Shown: piece by piece, positions 40,916 through 54,955 of the stretch
How the letters are laid out: each line of letters opens with the position of its first letter
Numbering within the stretch: the first letter of the stretch is position 1
Assembly: GCA_012295275.1 (NCBI GenBank)
Contig: CM022670.1
Location: 22,568,001-22,632,000, forward strand
Length of the DNA: 64,000 nucleotides
Direction of reading: 5' to 3'
Origin: Chrysomallon squamiferum
Taxonomy: Eukaryota; Animalia; Mollusca
Position numbers and translations under genes: made by a program
The notes under the pieces: generated by a model
The model's input: only the letters and a program-made list of their open reading frames with translations
Databases searched by the model: none
Told to the model about the DNA's origin: nothing

Positions 40916-42099
40916 TTTATTTTCAGTGCGTATTTTGCAAGTATCTGAAATAAAACTAGCGAACAATTCCAGCCGGTGTGAAAACAGCGACTATAACTGA
41001 AGCGAACTGTTTATCGTTCGTCAGGTCTTCCAAACAAAGTATTTCCAGTTTGAATGTCTAAATTCAACTTCGAGGTTACTAATTCCGTTCATTCTATAAA
41101 GAAAACAGATACATTTTCAAATTATAAATAAAATTTTAAAAACTTTAAAAAAAATATATATATAATATTCTGTTAATTTATTAATATTCAGTACAAATCG
41201 ACACTATCAAAATTATATCTATCACATTTATTTCTTGCATTAAATTTATTGACTTACTGAAGTTTAATATTTTTTATTATTATCAGTTAATTCTTTATTA
41301 TTATTTTTTATGTTTTATATTATTAATTTAAATTCAAGATGGTCTTCTTTCCCCCACTGATGGAGCGGCGTGGCTTGGTTATCTGCGCCGGGGACTCGAA
41401 AGCGAATATAATTCAGGCGCCCCAACTTAAGTTACCCTGAAATGTTTTACTACACATATATGTTTTGTTACTTATTATTCTTGGGAAAAAAACAACAACA
41501 CTTATCCCTTTTCCCACTCTATATAAAATGCTACATAACATTGATACTGATGACAAGTAACACCAACAGTAACAGGATAGCAGAGATCCAATTTTAACAA
41601 AAATCAGCTTTTATTCATTTACTTTTCACATTATATGCCCTGTATGTGGTTGTTTTTAGCATTCATCCATAATTTAACATTTTTACAAAAATCCTTATGA
41701 TTTTATATGGTCCAAACCAAAACAGAGAATCGAGTTGAGAACTGCATAGACATTGTGTCACGAAAATTGGTTTACGATCAGTGGTGTATTGACCATAAAC
41801 AAGATGGATTGGTTATTAATTCACATTGTTTTAGTTTGTTTCTGATCACTTCTTATTAGTATAATACAAAATAACGCTAAAATAATACTAATACTATTAG
41901 TAATAGGTTAAAATAAAAGTAAAACAAACAACAACAACACCACTACCAATAGTAAATACTGTTTTAGAGTTATCTCCATTGACTTGTTCCGTTAACTAAC
42001 TGATAACTTTTTCCAAAAACATTTTCGCTGAAATTATTCGCAAGCTTCACCCATGCTTAGGTTAGTACTATGAGCTGCAAACACAAACGAAACTGGTTA

Positions 42100-42400
42100 A
42101 CTCGCAATATGGACAAAATGAACAAAACTGAACTTGATTATTGCAAAGATCATACAAGAAGCTTGGGTTTCAAGATTCCCACCAAAAACTGAAGACTAGA
42201 ACTATACATAATAAAGTCAATGACCGAATAATTTCCGTTAATACAAAATGCTAAACAATTCCACTAACAGACACATCACACACGAAAACCACGCTTAGAA
42301 TCATTAGAATGGTATTTCTATTCTACAGTGAAACGCTAAAGCTCTTCACACTTCAAGAAATGGAGATGAATTGAATACTTCTTAGGTACCACAAGTGTGT
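42100..42400 (+). mobile_element. Heavily decayed non-LTR retrotransposon (RTE-like) fragment
   Basis: Broken frames give LGFKI..KTE, ISVNTK and LFYSETL, in the order expected for the end of an RTE-clade reverse transcriptase and its downstream region. Many stops and frameshifts. Confidence 0.35.
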
Positions 42401-43781
42401 AACACAAGAAACACGATTAGGATCGATTAGTAATTATTCAAAAGTGTTATATATTATTACGGATGAGATTTCTAAAAATAATAAATGTTTTATAGTATTT
42501 ATAACAGTATATGCCCAAAAATGTTTCATTTGTAGTTAATAAATAAATAAATGTAATAAGTACAGTTACAAAGACGAATACATAGGTGAGTGTTTGAATA
42601 AATTGTATAATATAAATTGATTACCTCAATAATTAATACGTAAGATAAATACTCGTGCATACGCTACATATAGAAAATAACGAAAGAAAGAAAAAAGAAA
42701 AAGAAGCAAGAAAAACAAATGTTTACATACAAAAAATAACTCGTGCTTTAAAATGAATTATCCAGGGGAGAGTTCACAAACTATTTGTATTAATATAATT
42801 TTAAATTACCTGACCGCATCTGTCCACAGTGATAAAAATTAAAAGTCTCTTGTTTTCTTGATCAAAATTTAGATGTGTGGCTAAACCAAAACTTACCAGC
42901 CCTAAAACAAATATTTACCTCGAATATATCTGTGCGAAAATTATATTAGTGTTAATTAGTGTTAATTCATAACGAAAAAATGTAAGACGATCGTTACACT
43001 ATAACAATTTCTGTTACAATCATTTCGTGTATACATACATTTAATTATCATTATAATTAACCTTTTTATCTCAGTTGTGCCTTTTATTTATATTTTTTAT
43101 TTATTTTATTCGTAAAATGATTACACATAATACAAAATGAAGGATGCATTTTTTGGTTGTTGGTTTGGGATTTGTTTTGTTTTTTTCTAAAGGAGGAAAT
43201 ATCGCTAGAAGAAGAGAAACGTCAAATAGCGGAATATTGAATTAACCATTTGATGCTATATAGTATACTGTTGTCGTGATCTTTATTTGTTTTGGTTATG
43301 GTACAAACTGACATTGCTTCCTTTTATTTAAGAATTGATTAAGTTAGAAAATTAAGTCATTTAAATAAATACTCGACATTTAACTTCATGTGAATGATAA
43401 AAAAAAAAAAAACATGTTTAAACTTGTCTATGTATCATTCATTCATTCATTGTATGACGTTGTTTGATTCTGTCGGAGTAAACTTAATCATTAATGTTTA
43501 TAAAATTATAAATGTAATGTTTGTTATATCGTTATAATTCTTATATATTAATGTCACTAACTTAAAATATATAATGATGTGTATGTATCATTGTATGTAT
43601 GTGTGTGTGTAATTACGCACATATGTACAGACACGGACACATAATGATAATTGCTAAATGTCATACAAGTAGGTAATATCATAAATATGCTGTCTTTTAT
43701 AGACCCAATATTTATATTGTTATATTTATGTTAATTTTTAATATATATGTTAATCTTTTCAGAAGCAGTTTGTGAAAGAGG

Positions 43782-46700
43782 ATGCAGAATAGTAATGATA
43801 GTGATATAGGTCAGTATCTTTACTTGTAGCTGCGTGTAATTTAAATTTTATTTAGTTTATGTACTTTGACAGTTGCCATGTTATTAGATACAATTTGTAT
43901 GCCTTTGTTTTTTTAATTTTATTTTGTTGTTATTTATTTTAAAAAGAAAAGAAATACATATATATATATTCAGTAAAATAAAAACTTTGTTGACAAAGAA
44001 TAGGATATATGTTTGTTCAGAATGTTCAGTGGAGGAGTAAAGAAGAAATAAGTACCTGTTAAAAATGAAGAAAAAAGACTAATCACAAAATGTAATCATT
44101 ATTGTTCATTGTTTTTAGCAAAGAGATGTAAATCAGAGTCTGATACGTTTGTTTATTTTAAGTTTAATCGTCCACAGTTTACAAACAAATAAAATGTAGG
44201 TGAAAATTTATTACATATTTCTTTTTAGAGTCTGTTGTTACTCCTATTGAAACATCTGTTTATGAGCGTCATGGACAGATTTTGGAATCAGACAGTTTAT
44301 CAGATGCATATTCACATGAAAGGATGGATAGAAATTACAACAGCCATCTCACCAGACACAAGTCTAGGCATCTTCATCAACTTGATTCCTACAGTGGTAA
44401 GTATCATTTGATAATCTAACAGTAGTGGTCATTTGGATACATATTTAATAAAAAAAAATTCCATTTTTATACAAAGTTATATTTTAGATTTTCTTTAGAT
44501 TTTAACCAGAAATCTGTCTAGTAAATTTTTATGTTAACTGAAACAATATGGATATTTTTTCCTACTGTTATCCTGAAACTGAAACTGTGCTTCTTTTTAA
44601 AATGTTATCTGTTTATGGGGAGGGTTCAATTGTTTTATATCAGTATTTTTTTTTTTCTTTCTTTTCTTTTCTTTTTTTTTTTTTTAATTTTTTTTTTTTC
44701 CCCCAGTTACATAATTTAAATAAACAGGTTTAAATCATCTGTCTTAATATAGTTCTGATTTTATGACAATTTATGACACTTCTCACATTATTTAAAATAA
44801 TAATGATTATTTTTCTATGAATAATTGTCAATAATACAGCATTTTCCTGCTTATAGCTAATAACCCAAACATTTAAACTCTCACCTTATTTCAGAAATAC
44901 AAAATCTGACACAAGATGACATGCAGGAAATTTACCAGGAGCTACAAGCAATTAGTCAAAAACTTAAAGTAAGTGTCAGACATATTTCTTCACCAAACTC
45001 ATTCATTACTCATACTGTCAAATTTTGCTATTTCATGCCTGTCATTTATGTTTGTTTATAAACAAAATATCTAAATAAATTAAAATACCGTTCCCAGTAT
45101 TGTTAGCTTCTGTAAGATAAATAGATGATTTGCTTGTCAACGAGTGTCAGTTGTTGACATTTCTGGTGACAGTCATTGTCGTATGAATGTTTGTTATGAC
45201 TGCTATTTTAAACTCCTTGATCTTTGTCATTATTTTTGTTAGGAAGAGAATCGTTTGCTTCATGAAAGAGAGTTGAAGGTGAAGGAGAGAGAGCGCATGA
45301 TCAGCATCACCCGTTCCAACATCCAGACAATCACAGATCATGAAGTCAAAAACAAATGGCAAAAACTTGAACAGGTGAAAAATGATATATAAAACATGGA
45401 GAAATCAATGACTAGAAAGTTGTTTTATATTGTTATATTGTTAACAAGAGAATTGATTTTAACTGATATAAGACCTTGTGCTGAAATAGATAAAATGGCT
45501 AAAACATTTTATAAAAGTTTGTAAAAAGCCCATGTAGCTATAATATCTGATATCATTTCCTTAATTTTCAGTATTCTTTAATCTTTGAATTACTGTTTGT
45601 GTTTAATAAACCTTGATAACAGATTCAGAGTTAATTCTGCCAGTATTTGACTACTTTATCAGAAACTATACTTCTTTCCTGATAAAATTTATTTATGTTT
45701 TGTCTTTGTAACTTAAACTTTTCATTCTGAAAAAAGTATAATAAAAGTTTCCTCAACATTATTATTACATTTAAAACATAATAATCATTGATAGAGTATT
45801 TTGCAGTTGACAATTTTCAAACATTTGGCTATTTATTATATAATTCTAATAAACAAAATAAGTTTGGTCATGGTTTATGAACATTATTTATGATTTAATT
45901 TAATTTTATTATCTAATTGTTTTTTTTATATATTTTTTTATACAGAAACATCAAGAAGAAATTTTAAGATTAGAGCAAGCACTCAAAGAAAAGGCTAAAG
46001 AAAATAAAAGACTGAAAGAAAATTTTGAAACACTAAAACAGGCTAATGATAGCTGTAAGAAAGAAGTAAGCAAACTCTTTACTGTTTTTGAAATTTAACT
46101 GAAATTTAAATTAAAAATACAAAAAAAAACCTACATATTATTACTACTGGCATTATTTTTATTCATGTTTACATACTGCTCAGTTGTAATTAAATTTTTT
46201 ATTTCTGAAATGACTGGGTAACTGAATAAATATTCCATTTTTAGACAACTTTTGAAAATAAATTTTAATATATGAAGACATTTATTGAGTAAGCGAATGA
46301 CATTATTTTTACAGCTTGAAGAGTTGTATGCACAATACTCAAAACTGGAAAAACATGCCACTGGAGTGCAGAATAGATTTAAAAATTTACAGGTAACTCT
46401 GACAGAATAATAATTTTTTGTACATTGTGTTTTTGATGAATGGTCTAAACTGCTGTTTTCCTAAATTCTGATCAATATGATTGAGTTGTTTGTTGTTTAA
46501 GCAAGGGCTGCAAATCAACAGATTCAGCATGTTCACAAAAACAAGAATTGTCATATTTAGAAGGTTAAATTCAATTTAAAACTCTGTAGCTGTGATACAT
46601 GGATTTTGTTGTTTGTCTTTTAGTCCATTAGAAAATTTGTATATAAAATGTTAAAACAGGAACTTTATATTTACATTTATCTTCTAATTATCTGCATTTT

Positions 46701-49597
46701 TCCTAGACTTTTATGTTTGATTTTTGTTTTATTATTTTATTACTTTTATTGCTTTTACTATTATTATTATTACTTTTAAATTTTTTTTAAATGTAATCAT
46801 GAAAAGTTGAGTTTTTTAATAATTAACTGTTACTGTTTCAGAGAAAATATGAGTATGATATAAGGCAACGTGAAGTCAACATATTTGAATCATCACTTGA
46901 AGCCAAATCAAGTAAACTTCAAAAAGACATTGCTGAAAAACCAAAATGTCGATCATCTTCAAAGGTATTGGTTTTTTGGGTTTTTTTTTTTTTTTTCAAT
47001 TTAAAAATTAATGTCAGCTGACATTTTACATAATTTTGAATATATCAAACAGAAAACCTTTTTTTTTTTCTCTCTTTTTTTGCTTTGCTTTGCAGTTTCT
47101 TAAAATGTGTAACAATAAATTAAATATCCAGAATTATAGATTTTATTTATTAGATTACTATGGTTTGTTTTTAGGTGTGTTGTTTATTAGTTTTTTAGGT
47201 TTTTTTTTTTTATATTTATAACTACTATATTATATTAGTTCCCTATTTTCTGTATTTTAATTCAGATTTTGTTTTTAGAGTCAGGGTTCAGTGTTGGAGA
47301 CATTAGCTGTCCTGTTAGACTGGGTCTGTGATGCTCATCTTCGACAGATAGTTACAGATCAACCAACAAAGCCTTTGGAGAAGTACTCATCCTCTGATTA
47401 CATACAGGAAAAAATACTGAGGGTAATAGTTTGAAAGTAATAATATGAAGTTTTATTATTATTATTATTTTGATTTTTATATTTTTACATAAAACAGCTT
47501 GAAATATTAGCTTATGTTATTGCCAAAACATAGAATATTTTAACAAACTGATACGTAAAGCTGGTATGCTAAAATCCATTATTTTGAAGACATTATTTGG
47601 TAAGTGTCTATATTTTCAGGCTCTGCCATCACTGGTGAACATCATAAAAGAAATTCCTGCTGGGAATACGAAACTTTCTTTGCCTTGTCTTCAGTTTATC
47701 TACTGGTCTCTGATAAACATAGAACAGGGCCAAGCCATACATGTGAGAAATTTTTAACCTGGTTTAATCTTGTTTACAGTGTTTATCTTAGTTCTTTTTG
47801 TGTTCTGTGTCATCTTTCTCTCTCTTTTGCAGACATTGAAACACACATTAAAATTCAACTGCACACAATACCAATCAAATTTAATTTTTCTTAATACAAC
47901 ATGCAATAATTATTCTTAATTTATAAACAGATACTTTTATTGCAGATAAATTTGGACCTTTTCCTCATATGTTTTGTATTCTACATTGTTAGTAATTTTA
48001 CACATTTTCACCTTAATATATATATATATATATCCAAATTATTCTGATTATTTTTCATCATGGTTTATATATTTGAAACTGTCCTGACTTGAAAAAATGT
48101 TACAACTTCAAAAAAAAAATTTGAATCTTCTGTTTCAGAAGACAAGTTTGTCATCAACCCTGAGAAGACTTGGTGAAGATGTGTTTCGAGTGAAGTCTGT
48201 ACTCACAGTGGACTTTGAGAAAGATGACACTCAGATTTCAAAGACAGACAGACAAAGAGATGGAATGTTTTTCAGAAGTTCCAATCTCCACGTACGCTTG
48301 TTGTCATCATTTGTTATTTTAAAGACTTTGTCTCAGGGTTAGTTTTGTTATTATTGTTTGCATGAACAAATATAATTTAATTTTGTTTTTAAAGTTTTAT
48401 TTTCTTTCAAAGTTTAATAATAATAGATGTTTATGATGATATGTTATGCATATCTTTACTGAGTTATCAAATATTTACATGTATTTTGTGAACTTTCAGT
48501 TTCTTTGTCTTTTTATAATGGACTGATGGTTTACTTTTTAACTTCTTAACTGCAAGTTGCATTAACAAGAAATGAATTTCCCATCCACAGGACTGAAGTG
48601 TTTTAATCTGTATTTCTGGTTTTCAGCTGATCTATTGGCCCAAGTGTTTGATGTTTTAAAAGCTGATATTAAGAGTGACGTTGCAAAGGAAATATTTCTT
48701 TTCTACCAAGCAACATCTGTAATCAGTAACTACCTGAAACCTGTCAACAAGGTATTAATATTAATACAAGTAACACTGGTTATAGTAAATGAATTAAGAT
48801 ATTTATATATTTAATTTAATTTAATTTTATAAATATTTTCAAAATCTACTTTCAATCTTTTTTTTTATCATTTCATTAAAAAGAGCAATATGATTTATAT
48901 ATTACTTGTTTAGTTTATTATATTTAAATGAGTTTTGGTATCTCTATTTTTTCTTTGCAGGCATTCATGGCGCCAGCTGTTGATATCTTACTGCAGATGG
49001 CAGGAGATTCACCTTTCATGCAGGGATTCTTAGAGAGCTGCAGCAATGAAAAATGGTTCCGTACGATTGCTATGGTTTTGCGTACTCCAATGTCTGATAC
49101 CAAAATTTTTGAAAGACTGAGTGTTATTCTCCAGAAGCTTTCAAAAATCAAGTATGTAATATTTAAAATATTTTCTATAGATGAAAAATTTGGGTATTTG
49201 ATGTATGCTGTCAATTATGCATAATTATATGTAACCTTACTAAAATTAAAATTTTATATTATAATTGTTTTCTTTCTGTTTGGTTCACATCACATTTTTC
49301 TTTTGGCATTGCAAACATTAATCAGTAATTTCAATATCCAATATTTTCCTTTCTTTTCCTTAATTATTTAAGTTACATATTAGTAAAACATTCATAATAT
49401 AACATTCTGTTTAATTTGCTTAACAAATATTTTATTTTACTTTTTTCATTTTCAGAACAAACAAAAAATACTTTGAGGTCTACACAATTGTCAGTATTAT
49501 GCAAGAAATGTTGCTTCATTCTGGGAAAGAGATGCCTTTCCTGTCACTAAATTTGAAGTCCATCATTTTCAACCTTAACAGTCTGGAGAAATCTTAA
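43782..49597 (+). CDS. CCDC138: Coiled-coil domain-containing protein 138-like; exons 43782-43809, 44229-44396, 44895-44968, 45243-45374, 45946-46065, 46315-46392, 46842-46964, 47279-47422, 47620-47742, 48139-48337, 48627-48751, 48961-49151, 49456-49597
   Basis: Thirteen GT-AG exons splice in frame. Coiled coil (IYQELQAISQKL, KENKRLKENFETLKQAND) followed by LLDWVCD, CLQFIYWSL, STLRRLGEDVF, FFRSSNLHVRLLSSFVILKT, AVDILLQM, FLESCSNEKWFR, ERLSVILQKLSKIK, FLSLNLKSIIFNL. An in-frame TGA lies upstream of ATG 43782, and an acceptor at 43762 implies a non-coding first exon. Confidence 0.85.
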
Positions 49598-50894
49598 TAC
49601 TGTGACTGTTAAGGATAAATTATTATTTTTAAAAAAACTATCCAGTATTACTGTCTTTTCCTAATGTTTCAACAGGTCTTTTGTAGGTAATAACTGTTAG
49701 TAAGCAAAAAGGGTATTTCATAGCAGCCATTTCATTATACAGTTCATATCATTATTGATGATTCACAGTGTTTGAATTTTTAATTTTTTACCTTAAATGA
49801 ATGGGTTGATGTTTTGTCTGAATAATTAATAAGAGAAAAGAAACACCACTGTACTGATTAGACACAGCTTTTAGTTAGATATGTTATATCTAATACATAC
49901 TTACGTAAGTTTGAAATTAAAATTCAAATTGATACATAATCAATTAATTTCCAAGCAAGGGTACAAAATATTAAACTAGCATTTTTATCTTTACAATATT
50001 GATGCATTAGTCTATCATTGTACCCTTAATGTATTTGGTTGTTTTGGCTGTAATTATAAGTATGTAATAATGATTTTTAATGTAGAATATATTACATATG
50101 TATAGAGCATGTTGAATTATTTAATTCACAAAACTACAACAGTGTTTAAAAATGTGATTCCAAAAAGATGTTGAATTTTGGACAACAATTTACCAAAAAT
50201 AATGCAAGACTGTTTTAAATCTAAAAAAGATCAAAACAAATTTCATCTAATGATGATGTCTTATTTTAAGTAACAATTGTATATCATTATAGTAAGTAGT
50301 ATAGTGCAAGACAGATTTCAGTCATTCAAATGCTGGTACATTTTTTTAATGGAATAAAATACTGCTGTAACATTTTGTATTTGTTTCATATTGTATATTG
50401 AATAAATTATGACATTTTTTAAAGTAGTGTGTTGTTTTTAGATGGATCCATATACATACATATATAGAAGCATACATGAATCTATATATATGCATGCATA
50501 TATTCAAAAAATAGAAAGGGAGAGAACACATAGAGAGATGGACTAATATACCACTGACATAAGTCAGCTGCATGCAATAATATTAGAATCATAGTAAACT
50601 TTATATTAGACTAATATGCAATTCTTTATTCCCTTTAATCTTATAAATTCACTACATTGATAGAAATAAGTAAACACTGAAATAAATACAGTTGAAAAAT
50701 AACCATATGATTTTAGTTTTAGTTCTTATTTATACTTTTATGTTCTGTTTTGAAAACAATTATACATACATTCCTATAGCATTGGAAGCCATCGAATTTT
50801 GCGCCTCCTAACCCGTGGAAATTAGCCCTCCTCAATAAACCTTCCACTAGTGAACCTGAGAATTTTACGCCCGGGGCAACCACCTTATACATTC

Positions 50895-50953
<59 letters not shown>

Positions 50954-52542
50954 TACATACGAGTGTTAGTAATAGATTTGTACGTAATGAACAAAAACAC
51001 TATGTAATGATATAACGGAAGGATAAATAAAGATGTAGGAGATAAGGAAATGATGTATTACACATAGAAACACCCATAAACAGCCCAAAACGTATATGAA
51101 CACACATGCCAGGTCCGTAGGACTGATTTTAAAACTTAATGTTGTATGCGTATTATTGTGAGGAAACACCTTACAATTTCTCCACTGGCAGCATGAAATC
51201 TTGCCTATAGAAGAGACATAATAATATACCACATTCTCTGCGACAGACACGCCCGCTGACCTGTCAGAAAGCGTGCCCGTCGCAGACGTGCTTCACAACA
51301 GCTTGCTCTGATTAGCACGTTAATTTTTTTCCTATCCTATCCTAAACCACATTCTTCGACACATCACTCACTGGACGGGACAGAGAAATACCAGACAAGA
51401 GTATTCAGTTCTACGCGACAATGTGTAACTGCTATAATAATTGTGATTAATGAACAATTTTGTTTTGTTTTTTGTTGTTGTTGTTTTTTTTTTATTAAAG
51501 AATGTATAAATAAGTTAAATCTGCGATAACATAAACATGAAGTGAACAAAAAGGAATTTAAATTTTGTTCAAGATCTTTAAAAAAGACAAAAAAATAATA
51601 AGAAGAAGAAAAGAAAGAAAGAAAAAAGAAGAAGGGGAATGTTTAATAAGGTCTCCTGATACGGGTGACTGATGTTCAGTGACACCGGTATGGTATAAGC
51701 TGAGCGACAAAAGGTTAAAAAGTGACAAATCCTAACCTAACATTCATGGACTTTATTTCTTGTCATTCACTTTTTGGGAAAAATTACACGATAGATATTT
51801 GTTTTGAAGTCATTGATATATCAGCGAATCATTTCGTGATTTTATGTTGTTTTGCGAAAGGGAAGGGGATACTTCTTTACAGACTGATGTAACATTTTTA
51901 TTTATAAAGTTGCTGAAACTCAGGTGGTTGTTGATGGTGAGACGTTTCAAAATGCAACTGCTGTTAGAATGAATGAAAACTTTATTTTGAACTGCATATC
52001 AGTTTTTCCTGAAACGAAGCAAATATGTGCCTCATGATATTGCCATCGATTAAATGTGCGTTTGGCAATGTACAAGTACCAAGACGTATACAACAGTTTG
52101 CTAATATCAACGTATCAATTTAAAAGGATTTTCGACAATGCTGTGTCCAGCTGATTACTTCTAACTTTTTGGAAGATAAATAGTAATAAATTAAAAACAA
52201 AATTAAAAAAATAAAAAAAATAAAATGAATAGTGACTGTAATGACACATAAGAGATTCAAAATAATAAATTAAAAACCAACTATATAACGTTGTTAGTGC
52301 ATTACATAAAATACATATGTCAATGGCCCGTTTAGGTTCATTTTGTCAAAATAATGACATACAGCGGCGACTTGTCTGTCACCCTAAAAGTCATACGAAC
52401 AGATTACACTAAGCGTACTTAAGTTAATATACCCTCCAGGATAACCTGGTGGCAAAATAGTACTAAAACCAAATTTCAAAGAAAATATTTTCTTCCAAGA
52501 ATAGATTTAGGGTGTACCCACTTATAGCTAAGATGAAATATT

Positions 52543-52544
<2 letters not shown>

Positions 52545-52579
<35 letters not shown>

Positions 52580-52590
52580 TTCTTATTTTA

Positions 52591-52647
<57 letters not shown>
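52545..52647. repeat. Poly-T plus (ATT)n microsatellite
   Basis: Direct reading; source of the spurious poly-F/poly-Y ORF. Confidence 0.95.
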
Positions 52648-53215
52648 TTAACGGATCAGAAAGTTCCTTACAAGAAGAAAACGTAGTTATTTAATTTGTG
52701 TTATGCTTATTGCTTATGAATAATTTTATAACAATAGAGCCCTTCTCACAAATATTTTAGTGGGAATGTACACACCGAGGAAAATAACTGAACCTGCGTC
52801 CCTTTGTTAGAAGAGGAAAATATATCAAATAATTATTAAATCTTTACACATAAACCAAGAAAATGGCTGGAATTTATGACTTAGTTATAAAAAAGATTCT
52901 GCACGTGGCGACTGAAACAAACAAGCGAGTGATTTATCATTTTCCTATGAGTTTTTTGTTATAGGGTGGGTTTTAACTTTGAAACGGTGATTTAATTTGA
53001 CATATGTAATTCCAAATGACATGCTAAATTTTGCTTTGTAATCCATAATTATGTTTCAAAAATAACTCTGTCATCTGTCACTATTTGTTGTTGTTTTTTT
53101 GACGTGTGCAACAGTTCATAATTATAATGACAGTTAATTCATTATCATTGTTTCTTCATGTCCCTAAGCTAGATCGAAATAAAATGACAGCGATGAGATT
53201 TATTAGAAATTAAAA

Positions 53216-53281
53216 TATAAATAGCGTTAGATAACCGTTTAACAACGCTCTACCTGTTGTCACTTTCGAAAAAATATACAG
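53216..53281 (+). promoter_or_regulatory. TATA box and short non-coding first exon of the small peptide gene
   Basis: TATAAATA at 53216-53223, followed about 60 nt later by a perfect donor CAG|GTAAGT (exon end 53281). A matching polypyrimidine acceptor ends at 53924. Confidence 0.65.
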
Positions 53282-53751
53282 GTAAGTAATTTAGATATAT
53301 TTCTTTTGTTTTTCGATTATTATTATTATTATTTTTATTTTTTTTTTTTTTTTTTTTTTTTTTTGTGTCTTTCTTTCTCTATTTATTTATTTATTTATAT
53401 AGATTTTTTTTTTTATTAATATCATATATTCACAAACATCAATTATCTGACAAAAAAATATCCTGCCAAATCTCATGTTTTTTAAAAGTAAATTTGTTCG
53501 TTAATATAATAGTCTCAGATAATATCAAAAATGTTTGTAAACGCTTACGATATGGAATACGTATCATTTTGTTTTTTAAAGAAATACACTGATACCTTAA
53601 GAAAACGCGCAGAGGGTCGTAACTTTCCCACAATTCATTAAATAATGACTAGTGTTTTATTCTGTTATTATCATTATTATTATTTTAACATACAAAATAT
53701 ATTATCATTATTTTATTATCAATAAAATGATTATTACTGTTGTTGTTGTTG

Positions 53752-53788
<37 letters not shown>

Positions 53789-53937
53789 TAAGAATGAAAC
53801 TCTAACCAAGCTGAATATTTTGTCTGGTGGAGCAGTTTCGCCTTTTTCAAAAGCCTTTTCCTACACAGACAGTTAATATCATAAACTGCTGCAGGTTAAT
53901 CTTTTTCTTTCTCTATTTCTTTAGTTTGGGAACCACC

Positions 53938-54084
53938 ATGTTGAAACTGCTGCTGGCAGTGCTGCTTCTTCTGGCATTAATTGAAGTCTGTGTGTCACAC
54001 TGGCCATTTTTTCCAATTGTACCTTCTCCTTTCGTGTTTCCATTTAACCCATGGGTCTATGAAGAACTTTACGATTATGGTGGG

Positions 54085-54138
<54 letters not shown>

Positions 54139-54469
54139 CATCAGTGTTGTTGTTGTTGTGGTTTTTGATAATGATATTATTGTTGTTAAACACTTGTGCA
54201 AATGTTTTGGTTATTTATTACATTTAATATGTTTTCAGTGGTATTGGTTTATATTGACAAACTTAAAAGTGTACCATCTGTTTTATCATTTGTTGTTTGC
54301 TACTACAATTATTTTACTGCTTTTAAATTTTTTTTATCACTTTACGATTTTATTGTTGTTGTTATATTCGTGTGTGTTTATTTATTTATTTATTTATTGT
54401 TGTTGCTTAATATATTTATTGTAATAAAACTATTTCTATTAAAAAAATAATTTGTTATAAAATTTTATT

Positions 54470-54544
<75 letters not shown>

Positions 54545-54604
54545 ACGTTTAATATTTATCTATTATTTTATTTATTTTATTTCACAGGAAGGCGCGGGGT
54601 ATAA
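53938..54604 (+). CDS. Orphan 52-aa secreted peptide precursor (signal peptide + 27-aa peptide + GRR); coding exons 53938-54079 and 54588-54604
   Basis: ACCACC-ATG Kozak context. MLKLLLAVLLLLALIEVCVS-HWPFFPIVPSPFVFPFNPWVYEELYDY-GRR-GV*. Donor G|GTGGGT at 54079/54080, acceptor TTTCACAG| at 54587, AATAAA at 54695-54700 with a downstream T/GT-rich tract. Confidence 0.75.
54471..54543. repeat. (AAT)n(ATT)n inverted microsatellite
   Basis: Spacerless palindrome centred at 54502/54503. Confidence 0.9.
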
Positions 54605-54846
54605 AGACAATGGTCGGCAGACTGATACAGTGAGCGTACTAATACTATATAGCTGATAATTATCCTATGTCATGGCTAACGGTGTTGATGGTGCAATAAA
54701 GAAGTTGTAACTATTTTTTTGTGTTATATTTATTAATTAAATACTACAAATTTAATAAGAAGGCCTTTACAGAATTTCAGAAATTGTGGTACCGACTTCA
54801 CTGTATGTGTGTAATAGTCTAACTTATTTTTGATCAAAATATGTGC

Positions 54847-54903
54847 GTGTGTGTGTGTGTGTGTGTTCTTGTGTGTGTGTCTTTATGTATGTGTGTGTGT
54901 GTG

Positions 54904-54953
<50 letters not shown>
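54847..54953. repeat. (GT)n(GA)n compound microsatellite
   Basis: Direct reading. Confidence 0.95.

Positions 54954-54955
<2 letters not shown>

Noticed and set aside
50770-50890. GC-rich GCGCC/CCCGGGG patch (similar patch at about 41340-41440)
   Set aside because: These look like fragments of a short interspersed repeat, but no termini or family can be supported from the sequence alone.
51880-52040. TDVT / VVVDGETF fragments resembling a BTB domain start
   Set aside because: The fragments are in different frames and no further BTB motifs follow.
53827-54168. 113-aa ORF with a poly-Tyr/poly-Cys tail
   Set aside because: The tail is a (TAT)n/(TGT)n microsatellite inside an intron with a good donor at 54080. 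The spliced 52-aa product is far more coherent. An intron-retained poly-Tyr form cannot be excluded without reads.
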